The position numbers were made by a program, and so were the translations under genes. From Euglena gracilis (taxonomy: Eukaryota), in the NCBI GenBank assembly GCA_039621445.1, contig CP154954.1:4702714-4725635 (forward strand): DNA of 22,922 bases, written 5' to 3'. Below, one piece after another: positions 1 to 10,849 of the stretch (position 1 is the stretch's first letter; every line of letters starts with the position of its first letter). The notes below the pieces were generated by a model that made no database searches, was not told where the DNA came from, and saw only the letters and a list, made by a program, of their open reading frames with translations.

Positions 1-550
1 ATTGCCTGAACCCGCTTTCTCCGGTGTCAACTTCCTATGGTGCCTAACCTCATCCCAACGAAGACGGGTATCTCCTAATCGGCCAGTGGAATTTCTTGAC
101 CCCCCCCCCCCCGGTCTGCTTGCAGCTCCAGCTGGGAAAATGACTTTCCATCAACCGGCGCGAGGCGCCAGAAATTTTATTGACACCTTCCAAAATTACC
201 ATTTTTTTTGGTATTTCGGGTTTTTTGGGGGGAGCAAATCAGCAAACAAAAAAGCATGTCCCACTGTTGTGACCATGTCTCAAACACACAACTTGCTGGA
301 CCACTCTCTTGCAGGCAATGAATTGTGCTTGGGCTTCCAATGCCACTGGTTGCTGCGAAAAGAGACAGGTTATTTGCTCTTAGTTTTGGTTGCATTCTCT
401 TTGGTTCCCACCCTAATCTTCCCCCTCTGCTCTCTCTAGCTTTCCCTCCTCCCCCTCGACGCATATTGAGTCGTTTGCGACGCGGAGGGCAGGGGTCAGT
501 CAACTTGCTACTTGTCACAGCCAGCATATATATGTATATATGTATATGGG

Positions 551-554
<4 letters not shown>

Positions 555-582
<28 letters not shown>

Positions 583-858
583 TGTATGTATGTATGTATG
601 TATGTATGTATGTATGTATGTATGTATGTATGTATGTATGTATGTATGTATGTATGTATGCATGTTTATGTCTGTCTGATCTGCTCTGTCTGTCTGTCTG
701 TCTGTCTGCTCTGTCTGTCTGTCTGTATGTCTGTCTGTCTGTCTGTCTGTCTGTCTTCTGTCTGTCTGTCTTGTCTGTCTGTCTCTGTCTGTGTGTCTGG
801 TCTGTCTGTGCTGTCTGCCTGCCTGCCTGCCTGCCTTCCTGCCTGCCTCTGTCTTCTG

Positions 859-896
<38 letters not shown>

Positions 897-990
897 TCTC
901 GTCTGTCTGTATTTCTGTCTGTCTGTCGATATGTCTTTCTGTCTGTCTAGTCTGTCTGTCTGTCATGTCGTGTCGTCTGTCTGTCTGTCC

Positions 991-1022
<32 letters not shown>

Positions 1023-1111
1023 CTGTCTGTCTGTCTGTCTGTCTGTCTGTCTTCTGTCTGTCTGTCCTGTCCTGTCGGTCTGTCTGTCTGTCGGTCTGTC
1101 TGTCTGTCTGC

Positions 1112-1164
<53 letters not shown>

Positions 1165-1274
1165 GGTGTCTGTCTGTCTGTCTGTCTGTCTGTCCCTGTC
1201 TGTGTCCTGTCGGTCTGTCTGTCTGTTGTCTGTCTTTCCTGTCCAGGTCTTCTGTCTGTCTGCTCTGTCTGTCT
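555..1274. repeat. Compound tetranucleotide microsatellite: (TATG)n ~555-660 then degenerate (TCTG)n ~669-1274
   Basis: Directly visible tandem tatg and tctg/tgtc units. The long ORFs here (YVCM, SVCL, TDRQ repeats) are translations of the repeat. Confidence 0.97.
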
Positions 1275-2029
1275 TTGACCGCAGAGTGCGAACAAAGCCA
1301 GCAGATATGGCATTTCCCCTTTTCAATCCATGCCCTCCCCACACAACCTCCAACGGCTTAATATATGTGTTTCTCTCAATGTGCCTTGTGTTGTGCCTTG
1401 TCAAGGGGTACCTTCCAGCAGATCCCAATGATCTCATTACTCGCTGAATTAACTGCAACAAATTCTTCCATGAATGAGCAAAAATACCAAATCCTTCACA
1501 ATTGAACACCCTCTTAATCTTTTTTGTGACACTATTGTATTTTTTATAGTGGACTCGAACCAATTTTTTCTTCCACTAGGGCAGAAATCTATAATTTCAC
1601 CAGAGAAGCATTGAAGGTTTGCTTTTGTTAGGCCCACAACACCTTGATTAATTTGGAGTGGTGCAGAAAATGCATGACATGTAGCACCAATTTTTTCCAA
1701 TTCGGGCCACTTTGAGTAAAGTTAGTTCAAGTGAGCAAGTATTGTAGTGTATGAGCAAGTATCGTTGTATTTCCGGCCATTTCCGGCCTCTTTGGTGGTT
1801 TTCGGACATCTTCACCATCTTTGGCCATTGCTGGCTATTTTGGGGCCATTTCAGGTCATTTTATGTCATTTTGGTCACTGCTGTTTCTTGGGTTATTTTT
1901 TTGCATTTTTTTGCATCCATATTTTTTCATTTCTGCGGTGATTTTGGTTGGTTCAGTTTTGGGTCCCAGTGCCGTCCAAACAAACCAATTTCAACTTGAA
2001 AAGGTCCCTTTTCGGTGTGGGTGTGCCAC

Positions 2030-2151
2030 ATACCCCCCCCCCCCCCACAAACCTGACCCACCCCCCCCAGGAAGGGGTCAAGATGCCCCCCCCCGTCCAT
2101 ACCACCACCGGGGGAGGGGGGGGAGTGCAACCTTCCCTAAAAAGAAGCTTG
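2030..2151. mobile_element. Partial copy (right end) of the poly-G/C hAT-type MITE family
   Basis: Poly-C/poly-G runs ending in CTAAAAAGAAGCTTG, resembling the right TIR at 5653-5668. No left TIR or TSD found. Confidence 0.45.
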
Positions 2152-2368
2152 GTCAGAGATACCCCATGAGGACAGGTTGGTGGGGGCTATACACTTGGAA
2201 TTCAGCTTTTTTTGGTTATTATTTACCTGACTATTCGTCGCAGGCCTTTGCTAAGTGCCCCTGGGTGGTCCACTGGTATTTCCACTGGCTGCAGCCAAAA
2301 AGTTGCTAACCACACCCCCGGGAAGGTCCCAGGGTCCTCCTGACTGAAACTTCCTGCAACCCCCATAG

Positions 2369-2644
2369 CGCAAGATACCCCCGAGGGTTGGTGAATCGAA
2401 GTACTGGACTATTGGAACATATTCAATGGAAGAGTTAAAAGCTAGTTTAGGAAGTGGTTGTTCTTTCCTGAAGTACATGCTGAGAAAGATTATTTCATTC
2501 GAATTCTTTGAAAGCAGCATCTTCTTCCTAGAGCTCATTCATAGTCACAGCATCTGCAAAAATAAAACCACGCCTAACGCAGTTGACCACGTATTGTTCG
2601 ATTGTCGGCACACAGTTCACCAATGCGGTGAATTTGTGGTTTGA
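2369..2644 (+). pseudogene. Possible 3' remnant of a non-LTR retrotransposon ORF (zinc-knuckle-like C-terminus)
   Basis: Stop-free frame ending ...HSICKNKTTPNAVDHVLFDCRH..., with C-x10-H-x4-C spacing resembling the C-terminal CCHC motif of L1/I-type ORF2 (first Cys absent). Followed by a T run and a (GAT)n tract. Confidence 0.3.
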
Positions 2645-2664
2645 GCTTTTTTTTTTTACATCTA

Positions 2665-2746
<82 letters not shown>

Positions 2747-2750
2747 GAGA

Positions 2751-2784
<34 letters not shown>
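2665..2784. repeat. (GAT)n microsatellite
   Basis: Directly visible, with one short interruption (gagaat). Confidence 0.97.
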
Positions 2785-2785
<1 letters not shown>

Positions 2786-3829
2786 ATATATGTCATAAAA
2801 AGAAAGCTAATGGTGAAGAAAAAAAGCTATTTGATGCAATTATGTGTTTGCTCGTTGAAGCTTCCCATCTCCAATCCAGTTTGAAAAGGGTTGCCACACA
2901 AACACTTTTTTTCAACCTGATGTTACACCCAAGCTCCGCTGACCTGAAGCCTAAGCCAGCATCAGAGGGAACTACTGCTTACGTGGTCCTCTGCCCTCAA
3001 CCCCGCAACAAAATTCTGCTGTTATAAATTCCCTCGTCCCAACGCTTCGACTCTTCATCAGGTGTGGGAAGCACGCTTGCTCAGTCTCGGTCAGGGTTTG
3101 ATTTTGAGGCTGTGGGGTCAAGGTATGGAGTGCCTCTCACCCTCATCCTTGGTGACTGAACATCAAACCCTGGTCTCAGTCCTCCCCCTTCCTTTTGCCA
3201 GCCAGAAAAAAATGAGTTTCAGAAAATGGACCGTACCATACGGCCCAAATGCTGTTGAGTTGGACGACTGGGAAAAGCTCGGACAAGTTGCAGGTTTCGT
3301 CAAGGGTACATTTGTTCTCATTGTGTCAGCAACGCTAGTTCTCTAAGGCCTGTTTGTGGATCTCTCCAGCAAAGGGTCTTATTTTTAAATTTTTGTGAAC
3401 CCACCAAACCCTTATCAAGCCCGTGTTTGGGCTGATTTTGAGACAGTGAAAGCCTTAGATCTTCGCCCACAGACGGTATCAGACCAAGAACAGCGTTTTG
3501 GGCCAAGGGTTTTAGGGGGCCCGGGGGGCGACCAGCCACGACGCCTTCGGCCCCATCCCCACGCTCCCCCTAACTCTTGGCCCAAACACAGTTCTTGACA
3601 TAAAATTTTTTTGAACCCACCCAACACCACTTTGGTAATTGACTCCCAAAATGCCAAAAGGTTTCAAGCATACAATATAATATAATGTCAGCAGCAGAAG
3701 CAACAATGAGGAGGAGGGCATTGAGCAATGGCAGCACTAACAATAAGAACAATATTAATAGGAATGACGACGACGATGGTGATTCCAGTACGAATATCAC
3801 CATGTGTGATGCCACCACATTATTTGATT

Positions 3830-3893
3830 AATAATGATGACGATAACGACGACGACAACGACGACGACAACGACGACAACAACGACGACGACA
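3830..3893. repeat. (AAT/GAT/GAC/AAC)n compound microsatellite; resumes at ~6289-6330 beyond the hAT insertion
   Basis: Visible trinucleotide units. A similar GAT/GAC tract starts right after the right TSD. Confidence 0.9.
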
Positions 3894-3909
3894 GTCAAGC
3901 ACCTATAGT

Positions 3910-3943
3910 AAAAATGGCCGAAAATGGCCGAAAATGGCCGAAA
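3910..3943 (+). repeat. (AAAATGGCCG)n subterminal decamer array, left end of hAT element
   Basis: Three tandem copies, followed by related TGGCCGACA copies at ~3972-4007. Confidence 0.92.
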
Positions 3944-4136
3944 TTGAAATTTTGGGCTCTATAGGTGGGGGTGGCCGACAATGGGTGGCCGACAAAATGG
4001 CCGACAATGGTTGGAAATGAGAAAAAATTTGTTGGAATTTTTTTTGTGTTTTTTTTCCCTAACAGTTGCTCTTTCCCTGAGGGGCAATTTTCAGTGCGAC
4101 TGATTCTTGTCTCTGTGCAGCCTCTCTCCTTTTGTT

Positions 4137-5381
4137 ATTATGCCTGGCCCTGCAACACATGCTGCTCAAAGAACCGCCTCTGAAAGGGTTATTTGGGCCA
4201 AAGCTGAATGTTTTGATGGCATTTCAGAAAATTTTAGTGACAAGGGCGATGCTGGCATTTTTTTTTATTTTGAAGAATTAAACCCATTTTTAGGATAATT
4301 TCTCCACAAATCTCCAGTATTGCACCCATCTTGGCCATTTTGGATCAATTTTTGCTAATTTTGGGGATAATTTGCACTGATTTGGCAAATATTGGGCTAA
4401 TTTGGGTCAATATGAGCACATTTTATGGCATTTTTGGCCATTTTGCATCGTTTTGGTGATTTCGGGTTATTTTTTATAATTTTTTGTGGACATTGTTGGC
4501 GTTTTTTTTAGGTCATTTGAAACCATTTTATGTCATTTTGGATGCTTTTTGGGGCTTTTTGGGGTCGATTTTAGGCTTTTTGTGGTCATTTTTGGGGTTT
4601 CTGTGGCCATTTCATTTTATTAGGTTGGGAGCCAGTGGATGCAGTGGTTGCAGATAATGGACAAAATGCAATGGATGCAGATGTTGAACAAGATGCAGAC
4701 ACTGGACAAGATGTCGACACTGGACAAGATGCAGACACTGCACAAGACGTGGATGTTGTTCAAGATGCAGATGCTGGACAAGATGTAGATGTTGTTCAAG
4801 ATGCAGATGCTGGACAAGATGGAGACACTGGACAAGGTGCAGATGCTGGACAAGATGTTGATGCTGGACAAGATGCAGATGCTGGACAAGATGCAATGGA
4901 TGCAGATACTGGACAACATCAAGATCTTGACAAGATGCAGGTATTGAACAAGATGCACACACCAGACAAGTGGTTGTGCAGTGGTTGCTGATGCAATGGA
5001 TGTAGATATTGGACAAAATGTAGATTCTGGACAAGATGCAATTTTGGGCAAGATGCAGACATTGGACAATTGGGTGAGCGCATTTGATGTCATTATTTCA
5101 ACATCATGGGCCAATCACATGCTTGCTTGCTTGTTTTGTTTTTGTTCTGCCGCTCAAGCTGAGTGCATTTTCTCCCAATTTCTCCACATCTAGACGGATG
5201 ATCGTCTCAACATGACGGATGACATTTTACATCAAGGCTTCTTTGAAATCATGCCTCTCTTCGCCTGCCATTATGCCTGACCGTGGAACACACATGCTGC
5301 TCAAAGAAGCATCTCCGAATGGGTTATTTTGGGCCAAAGCTGATGGTTTTAATGACATTTCAGAAAATTGTGGTGACAAGG
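4137..5381 (+). repeat. Diverged ~110-bp direct repeat pair (4137-4245 and 5270-5381)
   Basis: Shared colinear blocks attatgcctg, acacatgctgctcaaagaa, gggttattt, gggccaaagctga, catttcagaaaatt and gtgacaagg. Confidence 0.88.
4635..5070. repeat. Minisatellite with ~18-bp unit (GATGCAGATGCTGGACAA-like)
   Basis: Recurrent ggacaagatg at mostly 18-bp spacing. Produces the GQDADA and HLHLVQ repeat ORFs. Confidence 0.93.
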
Positions 5382-5392
5382 TGAGGCAAAGA

Positions 5393-5668
5393 CAGGCTTC
5401 TTTTTAAGTCACCTGGCCCCCCCCCCCCCCCGGGGGAGGGGGGTGGGTGGGTGGGTCTGGGGCCGGACCCCCCTCCCCGGGGGGGGGTCCCGCGCCGGGT
5501 ATACCTTTTCGGCGCAAAGCGCTGAAAATTTTTGAAAATTGCCTTTAACGGGCCCGATTTTGGGGGGTCCCCGCCCCCCCCCCCCCCCCCCCCCCGGGGG
5601 GTCCCGCGCCACCCTGGGTGGGTGGGGGGACCCCCCCCTCCCCCCCGGGGGCCTTAAAAAGAAGCCTG
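5393..5668. mobile_element. hAT-type MITE (276 bp) with poly-G/poly-C interior, nested in the 3896-6280 element
   Basis: Perfect 16-bp TIR CAGGCTTCTTTTTAAG / CTTAAAAAGAAGCCTG. Flanks GGCAAAGA (5385-5392) and GGCAAAGT (5669-5676) give a 7/8 match to an 8-bp TSD. Confidence 0.88.
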
Positions 5669-6181
5669 GGCAAAGTATGTGAAGTGTTTTTTTTTCTCCG
5701 TAAAAGGTGTGGTGCTTTCATTAGGTTTATTGCACACAAGTGGATGGGATCTAGCAGCGCCACCATCAAACAATGTTGCTTGGGGTATCAAGTTGGGATG
5801 GGTGAAGGGAATTTGTTTGTGAAAAGCATCCACACCAAGAGGCTTGAAGAGAAAATCACCAGTTTTGGTGTTGCCATTCACTATTGTGGTTAATATGTCA
5901 TGTGCCAACCACTCTCATGAAGCGTCCCAAGAACCCCCAGCAAAAAGAACCAAAGTGGACAAGAGCCTCCCCGGCAGGAAAAAAGAAGCCCACTCCCAAA
6001 ACCTTGCATTTGCATATTGCAACAAAAAACTCTTTGACCTCTTCAATCCCTGAGGGTTAATTCCAAATGGACCTCCTTGGATGCGTTAGCTTGTCACAAC
6101 TGCTTTCATGTTGACTGAATGATCAAAATGCATTGTTGGTGTGAAAGAATTTTAAGGCAGTTTTACCCACCACCTATAGGA

Positions 6182-6256
6182 AAAATGGCCGAAAATGGCC
6201 GAAAATGGCCGAAAATGGCCGAAAATGGCCGAAAAATGGTCGAAAATGGCGAAAAT
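6182..6256 (+). repeat. (AAAATGGCCG)n subterminal decamer array, right end of hAT element
   Basis: About seven tandem copies, the last ones degenerate. Confidence 0.92.
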
Positions 6257-6709
6257 CTGGGGGTCAGCTATAGGTGCTTGACGACAGTGAAGATGATGAT
6301 GGTGATGGTGATGACGACGACGACGACGACCATGAAGATAATTGCAATGTTACATTGCCTTGGTTGAAATTTCTCACATGGCGTCTCACAAGAAATCTCA
6401 GTTTTATGCCATTTTTCTTTGCAAAGGAGACCATGATTCTGACTCATCACCGTCCCTCGCAACCTTCAAAGAACCAGTTTGCTGGGCAACTGCTCTCTGA
6501 TCCTCTTCTCCCTTCAAGCCCTGCGAATAGCAGGATGTCTTTTCAGGCACCAGCTTTGGTTTTCTGATTTGTCCACTCCTCAGAGGGTTCCAAGAATTTA
6601 TCACTGGCCGTTTCCCAAATTTTTCTATCCACGCCAAAAATTGGCGCTTTGGCCAGGCCATTGCCCTATACCACGCCGAAGCAGTCTGGTCCCCAGCCAT
6701 GCAATCATG

Positions 6710-6960
6710 GCCTGACCCTCCCCTCCCAGGGGGGGGGGTGGCCGACTGGTTTCTGGGCAGGAGGTTTTTTATTAGCCTTGGACCCCCTCCCCCCGGGAGG
6801 GGGGGCAGGGGGTAGGGTGGGTGGGTCCCTTGAACCTCCCTCCCCCCCGGGGTGGGGGTAGGGGCTGGTGGGTGTATCTTTTTTGGCGCGAGTTCGTCGA
6901 AATATTTAAAAAAATTCTCCCCCCAACTCCTTCCCCCTGGGGGGCAAACACCCACCAAAA
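6710..6960. mobile_element. Probable degenerate member of the poly-G/C MITE family
   Basis: Interior motifs resembling 5393-5668 (ccccgggagggggg, gggtgggtgggtc, ttttggcgcg...aaaatt). Termini not resolved. Confidence 0.4.
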
Positions 6961-8472
6961 ATGGCCTGTCACCGAAGGCAAAGGAACTTTTTTTCGGCCA
7001 TTTGCTTCACATTTGTTGGTTAATTTCCCTTAGACTCCAGAATGACCGTTCCTGGCGGTGGGGGGGGGGTAGTGGCCGTCAGGTTTTTGAAAGAGTGGAA
7101 GTGACCCCCTCCCCGGATGTCGATAAAAAGTTGCTTGCACAGAAGACACCAAAAGGCTTCAAGATGTCCCGTTTTTCAACACTTTTGAGTCCAGTGGGAA
7201 ATCATCGATTTCTGTTTGAAGGGTGAAAATTTTGATGCAACCTGGCCGTTTTGAGGCACTCTGGGGGCGTTCCTGAAGAGTGCGCGGTGCCGCAATATGG
7301 GCTGCATTTGGGCCATCTGTTTCAGGGACCAGCCGGAAACCAGGTTCCAAAAAGGCGCACACCCTCCCATGCACTTATTGGTGGGGTTTGGTTTGTCATG
7401 TGCAGTGTCCACTCTGGTTAGGATAAGATGCCACAGTTCCCAGACGTGTTCTGATGCCTGCCAAAAACGTCTCACAAAATTCAATTCAATATGGTGCCTT
7501 CTCATTGCCTATTTTATGTCTTCCTTCCTGAGCATGTCTGCTGGACATGTATTTGCCTTCCCGACGTCCGCTGCAACACCTGGACCATATTTGATGTGCT
7601 CGACTGGATTTGGCAATTGCCTACGGAAAGCTGCCCCCAGAAACCACGTTCTCCAACAATTGTTCAACAGTGTTAACCTTTTGTAAACAACACAATTCCT
7701 GGGCGAAGCTGTTTTCTGATAAATTTCCTTGGACCCAGAGTTTTTCACAGTCGCAAAACATTTTGTTTTGTTGTACAATTTCTCAGGCCGAAACAGCGCC
7801 TAAGCTGCATGGGTATGGTTTTCAGCCTCAACGCCGCCAGCTGCCATGCCCAGATTTGCTGAGTGCTTAGCAGCAGCCCGGCTGGATTGTAGCCAGTCTA
7901 TATTTAGCTGATGGAAATCCTACAGGACCAAAATGAAAAAACCATGGGCACTTTTAATTTTATCCATAATTCCAGAGGGAAGCAAGTATCCGCCTCCCCC
8001 AAAACAAAGGAAGCTATTGCCTGCTTCCCCAACTATGCCAATAAAAATAAACACACATAAAATTTTTGCATGTACATATGCATATGTGTGTGCATGTGTG
8101 TATGACAAACATTTAGAAGCGACAACTGCAGCTGTATTAAAATATCAATACGTATGCTGTTAAAACTTGTAACACCAAACGCCATTTGCACCCAGACACA
8201 CCACAGAGGTGGGATACAGGCCTTTATGAGGACAGGTCAACGAGTACGGAAATGGGAGGCTGTTTTGGACGGGTCCATTTCTGCGGATGCCGGGTCCGGG
8301 CGTTCTTCCCCCTTTGTCGCTGTTCGCCCACGGACAACCCCGCCCCCCTCCGTGCGACGCAAGACGCTGGCCCCGCCGCCGCGCAGCTGTCCTCCCTGCC
8401 TGCCCTCCCGCCGCCCCGTTTGCTGTTTTCTGCCCCAGTTCTCCAAGCCTCCCTTGCGCCACTTTCCCCGAG

Positions 8473-8500
8473 ATGGCTGGTTCCCCCCTCGTCCCCATAG
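8473..8500 (+). CDS. Candidate first coding exon (MAGSPLVPI+G), possibly of the bromodomain gene
   Basis: ATG at the end of a GC-rich island (~8270-8500), preceded by a pyrimidine tract ending in CAG (8436-8438). Followed by AG|GTGCGA, nearly the same donor as AG|GTGCGC at 10850. Phase 1 does not join directly to the 10702 exon, so an extra exon would be needed. Confidence 0.3.
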
Positions 8501-9327
8501 GTGCGAAGTCCAAATACAGTGGGCCAAAATGGAGGGTGACCACGTCTTTTGTGTGTTTTTTTTTGTTGCACCGGGAATCAGCTTCTAAATTCTTCTTGGA
8601 AAATTGATTGAATATCTGACCTAGTCAGTTTAAAATTTGAGGTTGGCGACCCTGTGCGGCCATCGCCTTCCCTGATTGCGACAGTTGACAAATCACCCAC
8701 TTGCCAACCTGCTGGTAAGAAGCTCCAACACTTCTTCACTGGCTGGAGATGAGGAAGGCTTTGGGCAGGTCTCAACATAAGGAAGGTACCCAGAGTTAGG
8801 GTGAGGGGTCTGGGACCCTCAGCCCACACTCCAAGAAGGGTTTGGGGGCACCGTAGGGGAGGAGAACTTAGGTACCAAGGATGAAACAGAAAATGATGAC
8901 CAACACAGGTCTTTCAGACACCTTCTTCTGTTGCTACTCGACTTTGAATGGGAAAAATGTGCTGTTGAAATGAAATCTTACCAACTTGCAAAAGAAAAAG
9001 AATGGCGGTTCAGGGATCCTGGTGAAGATGAGGCCAAAATGCTGCAGCATCTGACCACTCTTCCGCCGTTTTTTTTGTCTTTTTGTTCTGGGAGAAATGA
9101 TGTCTGGAACTTTTTTTTGGGCTGTTCACTTGGAAATTGGTCCCATTTTGGTATGGCAAAAAGGTTGTTATTTTTCTCAGGATGGGATCAAGTTTAAGGT
9201 CTGGATATTACTCTGGCCTAAACTCAGGCCCAACGTCAAATCATGCCCATGTTGCTCGAATGGAATGTTGATATGAGATGCAAGCAGTTCCAGAAGCAGC
9301 AGATCATGTTGGGTGGCGGGTCCAAAC

Positions 9328-9594
9328 CGGCTTCTTTTTAATTTGGAAGACCGTGGATGGGGGAGGGGGGGGGTTGTCCAGATGCTTTAGCACTTTGCAC
9401 CGATATTTTCTTCTCAAGTGGTTTTTATTATTATCTGAGCCTGAAGATTTTAGCCCGAAACCGATAGTTTTGGAGGAAAAAAGTTCAAAAAAATGAATAA
9501 GCGGGTGTGTGGGATATTTTTTGTGGTGTCTTTTTCATGACTCGCCCAGAGGGGGGGAAGTGCTGGGTGCCCCCTCTCTTAAAAAGAAAGCCTG
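9328..9594. mobile_element. Degenerate hAT-type MITE related to 5393-5668
   Basis: Left C-GGCTTCTTTTTAA and right CTTAAAAAGAAAGCCTG resemble the family TIRs. Similar length (~267 bp) with internal G runs. No direct TSD. Confidence 0.6.
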
Positions 9595-9771
9595 GTTTGG
9601 GCCCCCCACCTGGTCTTACGTCAAGTCTTTGGCCTCCCTAAGCTTAACAGAAGGGAAACATGGGTAAACCCTTGGGGAAAGCTGTGCAAAAAAAGGGAAG
9701 CAAACAGATTAACTCCTGGCTGAATTTTATTAATTGCAAATTTCACCTCCTCCCCGGCGATTTTCTGGGAG

Positions 9772-9882
9772 CATGCTATAGTGCCATCAGAAATTTCATT
9801 AACTGGAACATGCCATTATGACATGGGAAATTTCATTAATCAAAACATGCCATTGTGCCATCGGAAATTTCGTTAACCCAAG
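9772..9882. repeat. Minisatellite: 3 copies of a 37-bp unit
   Basis: catgc...cat..gaaatttc.ttaa units start at 9772, 9809 and 9846 (exact 37-bp period). Confidence 0.9.
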
Positions 9883-10701
9883 TGACGTGTGAAGCATATT
9901 TTGCATTTTTCAGGAAGGAACCTCAAGCAGACAACTTTTGGGGGAATTCTCTTTTTGAGGGTGACGGTTTTGTTTGGAGCCAAAAGACCAGAAGACCCCA
10001 GTGAAGGGTCTTCTTCTTGTGCATTTCTGCCGTTTGGCATTTTGATCTACACCATCCCCCAATGACCCCAATTTCAAACCCCTCGGCACCAAGAAAGAAT
10101 GAGCCAAAAGTTACTCATCAGGAAGAAGTGCCCCCAGAACAGGGGATGGAAGTGCCAACATGCTGTTTGTGTCTGTGAATATCCTTCTAAGGGAGATTTA
10201 AAACACAAAAAAATCTTCCAGAAACCTGTCTAATTTTCTATCATCACTCAGTGATCACTCAGAGAGTCTCCAGGTGTCGTTTTTTTCACTGAGGAGGACG
10301 ACAGAAAGTCCCTCCTTTATGAAACCAGGGAGAGATTGGTAGATAGCCTGAAACTTTAATGCCAGAAAATACATACACTGCTTCAATTTCGATTTTTTTT
10401 TGAAAATTCAATGGCAAAATCCATATAGATGCTTTTGGCTTTTCTTTCACCTTCACTTGTTTTCATACAAAAATCCCAAAAAAATTGGTCAGTTTTCAGT
10501 TGTCCAAGCTCATTTTCCTTCTCCCTTTTGATGTGGGCATTTTCTCCAGCATCTGAATATTTTCTAGATTTCTTCATTCGTCAAATGGCATTTTATTTGC
10601 TCACACTGCCAAAGACTCCCCCAAACCAACTCTGCTTTTTTTTTGAAATTTCAACACCTTTGCCATTCCTTCAGTGTACCCCTCTGCTTTCTTTGCTCTA
10701 G

Positions 10702-10849
10702 CTTGGCCAACAATGAAGTCCCTCTGGTCCCAATGATCGAGGGCCTCTACAAAGGATTGAGGCAGGTTTTGGATGCGCTCTTCGCTGCGGACAAGGAGGC
10801 TATTTTTCATCGACCAGTGGATGTGGAGAGTGTGAAGGACTATTTGGAG
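10702..10849 (+). CDS. Bromodomain-containing protein, exon (alphaZ and ZA loop)
   Basis: Pyrimidine tract + TAG acceptor (AG 10700-10701) and donor GAG|GTGCGC at 10850. Translates as LANNEVPLVPMIEGLYKGLRQVLDALFAADKEAIFHRPVDVESVKDYLE, matching the bromodomain F-x-x-PVD...DY pattern. Confidence 0.88.

Larger units (their letters stand above)
3896..6280. mobile_element. Non-autonomous hAT-type DNA transposon (2385 bp)
   Basis: Perfect 13-bp TIR CAAGCACCTATAG (3896-3908) / CTATAGGTGCTTG (6268-6280). Identical 8-bp flanks ACGACAGT (3888-3895, 6281-6288). Subterminal (AAAATGGCCG)n arrays at both ends. An 8-bp TSD with short CA..TG TIRs is characteristic of hAT. No transposase ORF is recognisable. 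Confidence 0.88.

Noticed and set aside
325-1563. Several 100-350 aa ORFs on both strands
   Set aside because: They are mostly translations of (TATG)n/(TCTG)n repeats, which lack stops.
4140-4200. PATHAAQRTASERV considered as a relic of the hAT C-terminal dimerisation motif
   Set aside because: The resemblance is too short and is not kept in frame in the second copy.
4612-5114. Repeat-protein ORFs (GQDADA / HLHLVQ)
   Set aside because: An 18-bp minisatellite inside a transposon, with no splice or start context supporting coding.
9772-9882. 37-bp periodic repeat considered as a CRISPR array
   Set aside because: Units are contiguous with no unique spacers, there are no cas genes, and the context is eukaryotic.
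9914-9960. Candidate linking exon after TTTTTCAG
   Set aside because: The available donor phase does not connect to the 10702 exon and there is no recognisable protein motif.
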